50,451 nucleotides of DNA from Nitrospirota bacterium (GTDB taxonomy: Bacteria > Nitrospirota > Nitrospiria > SBBL01 > SBBA01). Positions 15,001 to 21,828 of this stretch are shown here, piece by piece (within the stretch, counting starts at the first letter, position 1; each line of letters begins with the position of its first letter). The notes beneath the pieces were generated by a model. The model did no database searches. It saw nothing but the letters and a program-made list of their open reading frames with translations, and was not told where the DNA came from. Both the position numbers and the translations under genes were made by a program. The stretch is from positions 1 to 50,451 of the forward strand of contig JBBTNS010000002.1 of the NCBI GenBank assembly GCA_038067655.1, in the 5' to 3' direction.

Positions 15001-18000
15001 CAGAGCCGGAAAGTGTAAACGGCACGGGGACATCCAATCCGCTCACGGTAGAAAGGGCTGCCGTAATCGTCATCGTTCCAATCTCATTGACGCTCGATTG
15101 AGCGGCTGTCGTAAAGGAGACCGTCGGAGGATCCTCATCATCCGTAATCGTTGCGGTATGAGTCGTCGTGGCCCCAAGCGTTGCATTGGTTGTCGTCCCC
15201 ATCGTGACAATCACCCTTTCATTCTTCTCATCAATTGCGTCGTTGACCATCGTGATCGTGATGGTTGTCGTCGTGGCGCCCGCGGGAATGATGACCGGGG
15301 ATGCTGTAATCGAATAGTCGCTTGGGTCGAATGCGGTAGATGACCCGCTCACCGTAAATGGCACGGTCACATCCAATCCGCTCACGGTAGAAAGCACTGC
15401 CGTAATCGTCATCGTTCCAATCTCATTGACGCTCGATTGAGCGGCTGCCGTAAAGAAGACCGTCGGAGGAAGCTCATCATCTGTAATCGTTGCGGTATGA
15501 GTCGTCGTAGCACCCAGCGTTGCATTGGTCAGGGAGCCCATCGTAACGATCACTGTTTCGTTTTCCTCATCAATGGCATCATCGGGCATCGTGATCGTGA
15601 TGGTTGTTGTGGTGGCACCCGCGGCAATCATCATCGGACTCGCCGTTATCGTATAGTCATCAGTCAGCTTTGCAAAGCCGGAAAGCGTAAACGGCACGGT
15701 GACCTCCAGGCCGCTAACGGCAGAAAGTTCTGCTGTAATCGTCATTGTTCCCGTCTCATTCAGACTCAATTGTTTGTCTTGGGTAAATGTCACAGTCGGC
15801 GGCAATTCATCGCTAACAATTTTGACTGTTTTTTGACTGGTGGTCCCGATGGTGGATTCCGTGGTGGTTGCAATGCTGATTGTGAACGTCTCGTCTTCCT
15901 CATAAAGTAGGTCATCCATTGAAGCCAAAACGACAAAACCCGCGGTGTCTCCCGCGGGGATCGTGATCTCTTTTGAAGACACGTTATAATCAGACCCTTC
16001 GGTCGCCGTGCTCGTTGCAATAACGAGTGTGACTTTCACTTCTAAATTCGAAGGCGCGCTTAAAGAAGCCGTTACTTTGGTAGAGGTTCCGAAGGTTCCA
16101 GTAACTTCTCCAATGGTTTCACTGTCAACCGAAAGCGTCACCACCGGAGCTAAATCATTATTCAAAATTGTAACGGTTTGCGTTGCGCTGCCATCAGTCC
16201 CATTTACGACTACGCCGATGATTGAAACAGTAACGGTCTCATCTTTCTCAAAGAAAAGGTCATGCGTGGCGGTCAGAGAGATCGCCGCCGCCTTTTGCAT
16301 CGCCGGAACGATAATTGTTGTTGTCGCTAACTGATAATCCACTCCATCGGCTGCCGTTCCTCCCTTTGCAAGGGTCACTGTCGTCGGCAACGCGGAAAGC
16401 TTGTCCACTTCGGCTGTTACTTGTGCAATATGACCTGTTCCGCCCTCTTTAATGTTTGCAGGCAATGCGGATAACGTCACCGTTGGCTTTGGATCGTCAT
16501 CCACGATCTCAAGGAACGCCACCTGTTGATCCTGCTCCGTTGCGTTCTTCACATCAATAATTTCAAGATCAACCGTTTCGTCCCCTTCGTAGAAAGGATC
16601 GTCCTTGGCGGTTAATGTGGACGAACCTGACGATTGACCCGCGAGAATGGTAATCGTGTCGGCCAATGTATAGTCGTCTGCGTTTGCGATACTACTATCA
16701 CTCCTTTTAATCGTGACGATAATATCTTCAATGCTGACTCGACCCAGCGTCGCCCTCGTAGAAAGCGTCGCAACGCCTCCATTTTCAACAACACTGAAAG
16801 TGTCAACCGATAACGTCACGAAAATAATATCATTATCGAAAATACTAACGGTCTGTGTGGCAGGCGTTGTGGTACTCATCGTGCAAGACATACCGCAAGC
16901 CATTGTGATGATGACCGTTTCTTCGTCTGTCTCATCAATGGTATCGGCAATGGCCGCTAAAATCACAGAAGCTGATAACTCTCCGACTGGAATCTTTATT
17001 TCAAGAGGAAGATTAAAATCTTGATTCGGCATATCCGGTTTTGCGCTACCTGCTGCTGTCAATGTCACCACCGTATCAATGCCAGAAATAACATTAATCT
17101 CTGCCGTAACCGTTGTGAAAAGAGGAAGGGTCGGATCAGTATTGGTGTCGTTATTATCTTCGTTGAGCTTTTGATTGGCAAGCTTTAGCGTTACAATCGG
17201 GACAGCATCGTCATTCTCAATTGTCGTCGTCGCTTGAGCCGGGCTGCCATTTACCCCTCTGATAATGGTACCCATGTCAACCAAAACAGTCTCATTCGTT
17301 TCAAACGATGGGTCAGATACCGCACCAAGCGTCACAAAATTGTCAATACTGCCCGCCGGAATCGTAATGGATGCCCCGCTGACCGTGTATTCTGAAGGAA
17401 CGGCAATTCCGCTGAACAAAAGAGGCACTTTCACATCAAAGCTGGAGACCGCACTTAATTTTGCAGTAATTTTTACTTCTGTTCCTGAATCTTCCTTGAT
17501 GCTTTCCGGGCTGGCAGAAAGCGAAACACTGGGTTGATCATCGTCATTCACAATTTTGACTGTGACGGGAGTGAAAGTAGCTGCCTTCTCCCCATTCTCA
17601 ATCACACCTGCATCAATGATGACCATTTCATCATCTTCATTCAGGAGATCTACTTTAGGAGTAAGCGTTACAGAGGCAAACATCGCTCCGGCAGGAATGA
17701 CAATCTGAGTAGCAAGCGTATAATCGTCGGCTTTTGCATCACCGCCTACGATCAAGTTCACGGTTGTTGGGAGGCCAGAAACAACATTTAATGTTGCTCT
17801 AATCGTTGCAGTTTCAGAATCTTCTTTAACGATCCCATCCCCGCTCGTGTCATCGGTGCCTGGAAGCTTCACGCCCAAAGTGACTGTGGGTAGGGGGTCA
17901 TCATCTACAATAGTCATGGAAACTTGTCCCGGAGACCCCCTTGTTCCATTGACGACCGTTCCAATATCAACCAAAATCGCCTCATCTTTCTCATAAAGGG

Positions 18001-21000
18001 CATCCGGTTTTGTCGTTATGGGAACAGAGACGGATTTCACCCCGGCTGGAATGTCAATCTGGGCCGCTAAGTCGTAATCTGTCCCGTTTATTGCGACTCC
18101 TGAAGTTAAAAGCGGCACCGTTGTTGGCAGGTCGGATACCGCGTCCAAAGTTGCGGTAATCATCACCACCGTTGTCCCGGTTTCCTCATTGAGAACGGGC
18201 TCATTAACCGATAACGTCACCGTTGGAGGGGGTTCATCATCCACAATCGTTACCATCTTTTTCTGTACGTCTTTCTCAAAGCCTTTTCCAACGGTATCAA
18301 TCTCAATCATGACGGTTTCATCCAACTCAAATAAATCGTTATTCACCGCAGAAAGCGTGACATTCGCCGACTGAGTCCCGGCAGGAATCAAAACACTCTT
18401 GCTGGTCAGGGTGTAATCAGACGGTTCTTTGGCTGTACCCGTTGCCGTTAACGTAACCGTGATATCAAAACCAGATGCTTCACTCAGCGTAAGCGTGATG
18501 ACCGAGTCCGTTGTCGTTCCGTTTTCATTTATTTTATCGGGATTTACTGATAATTCGACTGTTGGCTCTAGATCATCATTTTTAATCGTAAACGTTTTTG
18601 TCTGTAGACTTGTCGTTGTTCCGTTGGTGATGGTCCCGAAATCAATGATCACCGTCTCATCCTCTTCATTAAATGGATCCGCCGTTACAGCAAGGGTGAC
18701 AGAAGTTGTTGTGCTTCCTTCTGGGATGACAATCTCTTTTGGTAGCGTATAATCTATCGTGCTGCTTGCGGTCCCATCGGTCAAAAGGGCAACCTTTACT
18801 TCTTTTCCGGAAGGGGTATCTAACGTCGCTGTCACGAAGACCCCTGTTGTCGCATCTTCCATCTTCTCCAGCGGAGCAAGCGTTAGCGTAACAGTAGACG
18901 CAAGATCGTCATCCACAATTTTAACGGTATCCTCAACAACTGTGCCCGCCAAACAATTACTTCCCGTTCCGCAAACCGCTTTGATACTAACCGTTTCTTC
19001 ATCTTCCTCATCCAATGTATCCGTCTTTGAGGTAATTGTCACAGAAGCCGAAGACGTGCCCGCAGGAACGATCACCTCTCCCACTAAAGTATAGTCATCC
19101 CCCTCTTTCGCCGTTCCTTTCTTTTCCAACGTGGCTTTAACATCCCGTCCGGAGATTGCAGTTAATGTGACCGTTACAGCAGCACTGCCGCCTTCTTCGG
19201 CAATACTCAGCGGCAGCACCGATATTGAGGCCTTGGGCATCGCATCATCATCCAGAATTTTAACCGTCACCGTACTTGATGCAGGGCTTTCTGAACAGAA
19301 CGTGGCATCCTGACACTTCACGGCAACGACGACCATCTCTTCATCTTCTTCATCAAATGGGTCATCGGAAGCGGTCAGCGAAACAGAAGCCGATTTACTG
19401 CCGGCTGGAATGGTGATTTCTTTGGGAATCAGAAGGTAATCGCCCGACTCAATTGCGGTTCCGGTTGCTGTTAAATTAACCGTAACGGGAAATCCAGAAA
19501 TATTATTTAATGTCGCTGTAATCGTAGATACTCCGGCATTTTCTTTAATGCTCAAAAGACTTGCAGACAAAGAGACCGTGGGTGGTGGGGTCGTATCAGT
19601 AATATTTATGGTTAAATCTGATGGAATCCCTAGGCTGGCGTTTGACGCGGCCTGAATCTTAAAAATGACCGTCTCCTCAGGTTCATCAACCAGGTCATTT
19701 TTTGCCCCTAATATAACGGGGACGGATACTTGACCCGCAAGAATATCCACTGTCTTCGTCGAAAGTGTATAATCAGCATCAGTCGCTGTGCTGCCCTCAA
19801 CAGTCAAAACCACCCGAACATCCAGCGCGGAAGGATTAGAAAGCTTCACATCAACGTTTAACGCCTTCCCTTCCAAAACTGAAGTACTCGTCGAAGTCAG
19901 GAAGACCGTCGGAGCCGGGTCATTATCGAGAATCGAAATGATGGGACTCGCGGCTCTAACAGATACTGCATTTTTGAGTCTCGCTAAATCTAAGGTAACA
20001 ATGATGGTCTCGGGTACCTCCTTTCCCTCAAAAATATCATCGTCTATTGTCGTAATCGTACCCACAGCGGTCAGAGCACCTGCGATAATGGTAACGCAGG
20101 TTGATGTCCCCATATCCGTTGTATAATCAAGAGCACGCGATGCGGTTCCGCCAAATGTGAAACAAACGGGAAGCGAGTTCGCCGATTTACCGCTTGCCTT
20201 CACCGCCACTTTGACCGGCTGCCCTTCAATAACTGATTGTGGAGACACCGCGAAGGTAATTGCAGGCGCACGACTCGTCTCAACAATAACCACTTTTAAA
20301 GAATTGGGAATCCCTATTTCGGCACCTTCCACAGATTTTATCTTTAGCTCAACAAATTCATCTGCCCCATTCACTCTTTCATAGAATTTATCCGATTTGG
20401 CACGCAATGTAACAGACGCCCTTGTTTTCCCTGCAGGAATGGTAATCCTCTCCGACACCGTGTAATCCACACCATTGGTCGCCGTTCCCACTCTTTCAAG
20501 CGTCACGATGACCTTCTGAGGAGCCTTCGCGCTCAACCGCGCAATAATCGTCGACTTGCCACTCGCTTCAGAAATTTTTTCACTGATTGTTGTGATGGTG
20601 ACCGTAGGCGCACCATCGTCATCCACGATATTAATAGTAACAACCTCAGTAAACGAAAAAGTGGCACCGGTCGCTTCCGAGATCCCAATGTTGGCCGCCT
20701 CACCCCCTTCACTCAAAGCATCCCCCATTGTTGAAAAGGTAACGAAGGCTGTTGTTTGCCCTGCGGGAATGGTAATCGTCGGCCCTATTTTATAGTCAAC
20801 ACCATTCTTGGCCGTGCCACTCATGATGAGTGTCACAACAACATTGGCGGTCAAAGCAGACTCCATTGTTGCCGTAACCTTTGCAACGCCACCCGATTCT
20901 GGAACCAATGGATTATCAACCGAAAGCGTCACGGTCGGGGCAAGATCATTATCAGCAATCGTTACCGTTGCTTTTGGCTTTGTTATTGGAAGATCGCCCC

Positions 21001-21560
21001 CATCCGCCGCATTGACCGTTAGGATAATGGTCTCATTCGGCTCCTTGTCATCGTCATCGATTGTTATCGCCCTCACAGTCCCATCGAGCTGTCCCTCCGG
21101 AATCGTAATGGTTGTAGTGCTTAACGTGTAATCGGTCGGGGATGCAGTTCCGCTTTTGGCTAATGTCACCATCACATCCCGCCCGGACTTCCGATCTAGC
21201 GTGATTGTGAAAAGAGCATCCCCACCGAGTTCGTCTATTTCAAGAATGTCTACATCAATTGAAACAACAGGCTTCGGATCGTTATCATCGCTAATATTAA
21301 TAGATACCTTCTGTGTAGCAGATGGGGTCACCGCCTCACTATTGATCTCATTAATCTCAACCGTTGCGGCCTCATCTAGCTCATTAAGTTCATCATCAAT
21401 TGTGGTCAGATTAACTGTTCCAGTTAATGTGTTTGGTGGAATGATGATTGACTTCACTGTGGAAAGGCCGTAATCCAAATCGAATTTTGCGGCACCCCCA
21501 ACTGATAAGAGAATCGTGACCTGCGCCGTCTCGACGGCAGAAAGCGTTGCGGTAATAACA
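2..21560 (-). repeat. Coding tandem array of about 65 Calx-beta modules, period roughly 315-345 bp
   Basis: Plus-strand track ORFs of about 100-112 aa recur every 330-345 bp (for example 10851, 11208, 11532; 18429, 18759). They are antisense shadows of the repeated module. My translated segments show the same module boundaries (..DDD.P.V.L..). Confidence 0.8.
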
Positions 21561-21712
21561 CCCGATCCGCCATTCTCACTAATAGTGCTAACGTTAGAAG
21601 AGAGGGTAACTGCTGGAGGAGCTGCCAGGACCCCTCCAACAGAGGAAAAGGAAAGCAATCCCGCTAAAATAAGGGATACCTTCCCCATTTTCGTCTTGGA
21701 AACACGTTCCAT
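2..21712 (-). CDS. Giant secreted Calx-beta repeat protein (putative surface adhesin). 5' end complete, 3' end runs off the left edge; at least 7,237 aa lie in the window
   Basis: The minus-strand frame is open from ATG 21712 to the window edge. The ORF track lists no complete minus-strand ORF in this frame, as expected if there is no stop in the window. Hand translation gives the signal peptide MERVSKTKMGKVSLILAGLLSFSSVGGVLA|APP. This is followed by repeated 105-113-aa modules with the Calx-beta signature (..SG.A..G.DY.L...I.IPAG.T...V.L...D...E..ETV.V.I......VTI.DDD.P.V.L). I checked this at the N-terminus, at 9.6-10.6 kb and at 14.8-15.8 kb. An alternative in-frame ATG lies at 21688. Confidence 0.85.
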   Translation of the reverse strand, partial: MERVSKTKMGKVSLILAGLLSFSSVGGVLAAPPAVTLSSNVSTISENGGSGVITATLSAVETAQVTILLSVGGAAKFDLDYGLSTVKSIIIPPNTLTGTVNLTTIDDELNELDEAATVEINEINSEAVTPSATQKVSINISDDNDPKPVVSIDVDILEIDELGGDALFTITLDRKSGRDVMVTLAKSGTASPTDYTLSTTTITIPEGQLDGTVRAITIDDDDKEPNETIILTVNAADGGDLPITKPKATVTIADNDLAPTVTLSVDNPLVPESGGVAKVTATMESALTANVVVTLIMSGTAKNGVDYKIGPTITIPAGQTTAFVTFSTMGDALSEGGEAANIGISEATGATFSFTEVVTINIVDDDGAPTVTITTISEKISEASGKSTIIARLSAKAPQKVIVTLERVGTATNGVDYTVSERITIPAGKTRASVTLRAKSDKFYERVNGADEFVELKIKSVEGAEIGIPNSLKVVIVETSRAPAITFAVSPQSVIEGQPVKVAVKASGKSANSLPVCFTFGGTASRALDYTTDMGTSTCVTIIAGALTAVGTITTIDDDIFEGKEVPETIIVTLDLARLKNAVSVRAASPIISILDNDPAPTVFLTSTSTSVLEGKALNVDVKLSNPSALDVRVVLTVEGSTATDADYTLSTKTVDILAGQVSVPVILGAKNDLVDEPEETVIFKIQAASNASLGIPSDLTINITDTTPPPTVSLSASLLSIKENAGVSTITATLNNISGFPVTVNLTATGTAIESGDYLLIPKEITIPAGSKSASVSLTASDDPFDEEDEEMVVVAVKCQDATFCSESPASSTVTVKILDDDAMPKASISVLPLSIAEEGGSAAVTVTLTAISGRDVKATLEKKGTAKEGDDYTLVGEVIVPAGTSSASVTITSKTDTLDEEDEETVSIKAVCGTGSNCLAGTVVEDTVKIVDDDLASTVTLTLAPLEKMEDATTGVFVTATLDTPSGKEVKVALLTDGTASSTIDYTLPKEIVIPEGSTTTSVTLAVTADPFNEEDETVIIDFGTITNGTTTSLQTKTFTIKNDDLEPTVELSVNPDKINENGTTTDSVITLTLSEASGFDITVTLTATGTAKEPSDYTLTSKSVLIPAGTQSANVTLSAVNNDLFELDETVMIEIDTVGKGFEKDVQKKMVTIVDDEPPPTVTLSVNEPVLNEETGTTVVMITATLDAVSDLPTTVPLLTSGVAINGTDYDLAAQIDIPAGVKSVSVPITTKPDALYEKDEAILVDIGTVVNGTRGSPGQVSMTIVDDDPLPTVTLGVKLPGTDDTSGDGIVKEDSETATIRATLNVVSGLPTTVNLIVGGDAKADDYTLATQIVIPAGAMFASVTLTPKVDLLNEDDEMVIIDAGVIENGEKAATFTPVTVKIVNDDDQPSVSLSASPESIKEDSGTEVKITAKLSAVSSFDVKVPLLFSGIAVPSEYTVSGASITIPAGSIDNFVTLGAVSDPSFETNETVLVDMGTIIRGVNGSPAQATTTIENDDAVPIVTLKLANQKLNEDNNDTNTDPTLPLFTTVTAEINVISGIDTVVTLTAAGSAKPDMPNQDFNLPLEIKIPVGELSASVILAAIADTIDETDEETVIITMACGMSCTMSTTTPATQTVSIFDNDIIFVTLSVDTFSVVENGGVATLSTRATLGRVSIEDIIVTIKRSDSSIANADDYTLADTITILAGQSSGSSTLTAKDDPFYEGDETVDLEIIDVKNATEQDQQVAFLEIVDDDPKPTVTLSALPANIKEGGTGHIAQVTAEVDKLSALPTTVTLAKGGTAADGVDYQLATTTIIVPAMQKAAAISLTATHDLFFEKDETVTVSIIGVVVNGTDGSATQTVTILNNDLAPVVTLSVDSETIGEVTGTFGTSTKVTASLSAPSNLEVKVTLVIATSTATEGSDYNVSSKEITIPAGDTAGFVVLASMDDLLYEEDETFTISIATTTESTIGTTSQKTVKIVSDELPPTVTFTQDKQLSLNETGTMTITAELSAVSGLEVTVPFTLSGFAKLTDDYTITASPMMIAAGATTTTITITMPDDAIDEENETVIVTMGSLTNATLGATTTHTATITDDELPPTVFFTAAAQSSVNEIGTMTITAVLSTVSGLDVTVPFTVSGSSTAFDPSDYSITASPVIIPAGATTTTITITMVNDAIDEKNERVIVTMGTTTNATLGATTTHTATITDDEDPPTVSFTTAAQSSVNEIGTMTITAALSTVSGLDVPVPFTLSGSAKLTDDYTITVSPVKIVAGTTTTNITITMVNDAFFEENETVDVTMGTTTNATLGATVVHTATIMDDEPAPLVTLSSEFSTIEEKATGVVVTKIIATLDNLSNLPVTVNLKTGGMAKANDYTFNNAVINIPAGIKSGFVTLATKNDLFNESPETVTVDIDAVTLGKEKDVQQVTVTIADDDPIPTIALEVATLILNEDPAATGTTTTSVTARLSAISGKDVKAIFVLTGSTATRFVDFNIGENPTLEILIPAESGKTGVIMLDTIGDSFNENEETVDIEIISAENATKPGTQKKTVKILNDDPLPTVELLIDSPTIGEDAGGTGLNVTASLSNASGRPITVNLKKDGVAINGVDYTLPDSITIPEGTPSAAVLLVAKTDDLNEFNEDAIITIDSVTNGFAIIKVGGETQTVIITDDDPIPTLSVLVGSETINEKTGTGTNTSVTVKLSARSGKRVTVTLKKSGATKETDDYTLSGTGDIVLTIPADHATGMVSVTLASVHDVLDEDDETVVVTIDRVDGADMSLFPEDLEKTVRILDDDALPTITLAVVNTLVTEDSATTTETTLTAALNVKSGRNVTVNLLIGGNAKYDKDYRLPKAIVIEEGTLSTVVSLSAVADTLNEFNETVVVEVDSILNGTSTGQKKTVTIADNDAMPTLTLSVAPNTSITENTTEATSTTAVIAKLSAPSGKPITVNLKKTGTATDNVDYTLATTTITIAEDDPSGEGSVTLTAKKDALVEEDEEIIIDILSLVNTATTSVQTQTVTIPNEQLLPLVTLSVGTSTIAETGGNTIVTATLDFASSRTITVPLLRTGTATLTKDYSLAEKITILAGALTGVTTVTSVHDTLFEGIDSETVLINIDPAMINANASDSLEQKIEIADDDESSIVTLSTNSLNIPETAGVASIKATLNRPSGIPVVVTLAINVDSTATDADFLLESLTITVPSGILSAAVTLSAAHDILDELDQTVILDMVTVENGIKGTSTQVTVKIIDDDDPPFVSISTDVDNINEEGTNTETNAIVKLDTLSEKDVTVTLKRLGIAKEADYTLSTSTLLIAAGVLDASAVISALPDDLNEHLETIELEIDELTLKNGRKSVDTFKKVVTITDDDPKPNLTLAVDPIAVTEDLGVTQSIVKVVIDLVSGRDIPVTLEKSGMATNDLDYKLPDTITIPEGQTEMFVTFSAVGDKTHEQGETAILDLSVEFANEVGQQQKTVTIANDDDPPIVTLLVGSEKINESGVGSSTHVIAMLSDPSSFPVTVKLGISGTGVEGTDYNFSGTTTIIVPAGTSSSFVTLSAMDNSVFDTNKRVVMDILDVTNGTTSDILENRQKTVTIIEDEGAPTVSLNVADIEIPETGGTTRVSLTLSEASALPVTIKLVKSGTAKDKDDYTLVDEVTIPAGQLEEVLTLSSVSDFLFEGVERETIIVSLGELVFGAKISGADRFEVKINDDDAVPTVTLVAGSPRISETAPANTTTIRATLSNVAGKDVIVTLTQNCGMATKCGTTVDTDFTLANKIVIPAGEQSNFVTLTATPDAVHENDETVIISIGGIENGRDVSVRQTVTIVNDDLPPTVKVSAGTLEINEVGGTTSVIVTLSSASSFDITVKLEKAGTAIDLTDYTFGNTTVLFPAGTDTQSVILKSKTDGFDEDDETVEVSIFDTGLNATEDGIQKVSVKILDGNPSPVVTLTAGSNALSEDVSANTTTITVTLDKASGRNVNVGIVKTDFATDTKDYELTDMIVILAGDTSKVVELKILDDELSEYLENITLAVLCDATCTRGSPADQTISITDNENLPTVSLSVASDNVSEFEGSASSTTKMTVALNTLSGRPVIVKLATSGRASGTSTAPLPNTLDYKFDRTIVIAEGTLFTTVTFSSVDDRMDEPSETVIINIAEVVNGTSSGLATDSQTITILDDDAPSIVTLTSDRAMIHEDVAAITKTPIRVALDVVSGFDVKVNLDRKGNASDFLDYNIPDSITVPAGQLTAFVDLVAVNDTLDEADEETVLISVLSPVVNGTKSETQETLTVAIVNDDLPPSVSLKVDSEAITEEPIGETAVVTAFLSTVSQKDIVVQLKKLGTAKEGVDYKLPVEIKIPAGDPQASVILSAMPDDLNEESETIIIGIGDVTNGTQNGIQEKIVKILDNEAKPIATLSVAANTLSEDFGVISTLVTVKLNVPSGQDITLTLSKNGTATDVKDYTLGTTTLLIPAGQTIASTTLSAEADALNEEEETIILDINTVENVLKSTTQTPQIVTISDNDPIPTVKLSVDSATINEVRPGESTIVRATLSAVSGRDVTVTLKTDGDATEGKDYTFNFKTFTISAGIASTTFTLTALDDPINEVEELVIVEIEKVERGLIDGIQRETVTILSDDAVPSVTLSVNKGSINEEGVLSSAAVIATLSTISSKTVTVPLVKQGTAKETFDYTLADRIVIPAGQSTASTTLLAVTDPIYEKNETVELNIGLVVINGTTSPLQQMVPVTLVDNELAPKVTLSVDNGSINEVAPGNTAKVTALLSEPSGLDVVVSLEKTGLAKEDLDYTLISTITVLAGKQSGFVTLSAKTDTLDEDVETFVIDIYQITDGTELDQQQQSVTILNGNLAPTVDLSIEGGSINENPASTTQTMVVATLSTASAKIVTVTLGKGGGAVDEADYKLNPTIIIPAGATFGSVTLTSVNDGMFEADETVELVIDRADNAVAVGVPQAVIIVSDDNPPKVSLLVDRSIINEKSSPNSTTVMARLDVISSFDTTVDLATNGRATALDYSLTTTIVIPAGTLSNVVSLVSQDDPLDEFDEEIMINLGSLTHGEKGTSSQVTVKLLDDDDEPSVTISAAASEIGEGTGTTTTTLTATLSTVSGKEVTVFLKKSGAAIEGVDYKNLPNQIVVPVGSKAASIDLNATDDELDEEDKEDVVFEVMSAENAIKAGLQTQTVMIVDDELPPVVTLSVGTFELNEDAGITSAIVTVSIDVVSGKEITVNLSKAGTAQDTVDYRLETAMLVIPPGSKFATTTLSSIPDSIDEKDETVELSINAVNNGAKTALPPQIVTILDDEKAPTITLTVTPDKIGENVGTVVSTVRVTLSAISGLDVKVDFVKGGSAKDGIDYNLSPTMTVFAGKLFNTISLAAIPDTLYEEEERIIITVDNIENGTSTVQQQKMVTLVSEDPKPTVSLSVAGTINETEPGESTPVMAVLNTPSGHDVTVTLTKSGIAKDGVDYTLKETIVVPAGQDSASIPLAALPDPLNETDDESVVIAIIGVVDAFIKDNKQEKTVLINDDDFPPSVTISVASDTMNEKGGATTVTATTTAPSSFDIAVTLAKSGAASDGVDYTLGNLMIIPAGETATSLPLTSKDDPNYEEDELVSIKILSLTSSTEAGGAGSQEKNVKIVNDDPKPTVTLSAIASIAETGGKTLVTATLSAASNLPVTLTVTSTNSPAIKGTDYEISTTTITIAVGQTTGSVTLSALHDDLFETNETVAVEIATVTDGIKGGTPAVVAIMDDESAPGITLLVSQVLLNEETSPTRADVSIQLNAESGQDVTVTLSKLGSTATEGEDYAFDGNIGGKTVIVVPAGKTLASVTLNVITDTLNESDETIEISIESVDKGTENSPQRKKVTILNDDELPTVTLSTNPANIAEKGGASIVTAALITASGKEVTVHLKKGGTATDVSDYSFSKVPIIITIPAGQITGSVTLSATDDFLSEDEETVTVDIDKVVHGTSTTPQGRTVKIIDDDPQPIVTLSVVGASSLTEPSGTTLVKAALNKVAGRDVTVTLKKTGKATDDADYELPNTILIPTGVISASVTFAVKNDFLNEENPETAIITINSVMNGVLSGTQQKTINIADEDRLPVVTLSAGALTIRETGGGTSPNATLVTATLDQLSGRDVTVTVVKGGNALFTTDYTIAGTIVIPAGQASGAVTLTAAFDLIDEVDETVVLNIEGSVTNGTRNSTQEDILVKVIDDDEPPVIRLFSGVAIIDEAGTSTRTAITAELGCSVNPDPTVTCPSSFDITVSLVIATSTKAKPTDYTLPLTIFIPAEETSGFVLLTAKDDILNEDDETVVIRIGSLIKATDNNQEVTVKIKDNDPLPKVILQAAPTSINEAAPSSVTVQLADASGQIIASGRDVIVQLKTSGAATSATDECLAVVPVAPNCVVDYTLQTQIVIPEGATSTTVVLSALGDTLHEKDEAVILDVDDLVINGEELGIQSQTVIIKNDDLPPTVSISLADFKIKEDKASPTSTVATVFLDTPSGLDTTITLSMGVDPTVDATEGEDYTLSNAAGLFTSTLNSILIPAGATSTTLTLTSMFDDIDEGLGEDVIFAIKTAENGTKNTNLTTVTIEDDDVTFVSLSAGKNRLLESVSESTLFTAKLDLKSNKNVVVNLVKIGNAKDGIDYALLDKITVPAGSFEASITFDVMPDDFDEFDETVTVEIGKVLFATKTEDPIGQKQTIEIVDEDATPTVALTIGHLSVFEDSTQGTATTTIIATLSAVSGRQVTVPFTKGGIATEGSTDDYTLSPLNVSRFDIPEGTKSVSIPVTVVNDNLFEENETIIFNLNPAPTHAEILNATQTREITIFDNEPPPTVTLSQDGVATIAEEPASGAISMVVTAKLSEVSGKDVRVSLVTGGRAKRDIDYKLSDSVITILKGDTLGTISITALPDSLNEHDEEVTVTISGTNGGLIGVDKSRSVTITDNDPLPTMTLEAVPPSIAEVDGLSTITAKLNVLSGRDVTVNLKTTGDAVQDKDYRMDTQIVIPEGAISASGSLVSKDDLLNEHNEKVTVDIDTVEFVSREGVVPVNVVIVDNDPLPLATLSVGSFIIEENGATTTNVTVSLAPVSGRTVTVTIAPNALLSNAINNTDYVFATTTLTIAEGATSTSITLTAQSDNLDEVDEAVVIDIDVPTFAAESGEQQQKVTIKDVNVPAIVTLSVNKQFLDENVGTTSMATVRLTLDTISAKDITVTLKKTPGVAPLFPAKDVEDYTLATSTVVITAGQSSTSTIFQVTADGRNEH
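14790..15810 (-). repeat. Three consecutive Calx-beta modules that are still similar at the nucleotide level (recent internal tandem duplication)
   Basis: The landmark ccgtaatcgtcatcgttcc occurs at 15061 and 15400 (339 bp = 113 codons apart), with a variant ctgtaatcgtcattgttcc at 15733 (333 bp further). About 185 nt around the first two landmarks align at roughly 90% identity by eye. The plus-strand shadow ORFs 14825..15343 and 15437..15910 have visibly related translations. Confidence 0.8.
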
Positions 21713-21828
21713 AGATGAAACCTGGCACGGATCATCTTTTTTATTTATAATGAATAACTCGTTATCTGGCACAATAACCCTTTCAATCTTTCATTCTATC
21801 TAGAAGACCAACTTCGTTGCATATGTAT

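Noticed and set aside
2-21560. The regular periodicity might have been a CRISPR array or a non-coding satellite.
   Set aside because: The period is about 330 bp and fully coding in one frame. There are no short conserved direct repeats separated by unique spacers.
150-21803. Dozens of plus-strand ORFs of 60-234 aa in the track (for example 5339..6043, 10158..10844, 14825..15343).
   Set aside because: They lie antisense to the continuous minus-strand Calx-beta ORF and recur with its ~330-bp period. Their translations are low-complexity (S/T/V-rich or R/C/H-rich) with no recognisable motifs. I treat them as shadow ORFs.
21713-21828. The ~110-nt leader of the giant gene contains two copies of GTGCCAG and a small hairpin (GTTAT-N8-ATAAC), which might be a riboswitch or a CsrA site.
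   Set aside because: There is no match to any riboswitch consensus that I can recognise, and no GGA-loop motifs. The evidence is too weak.
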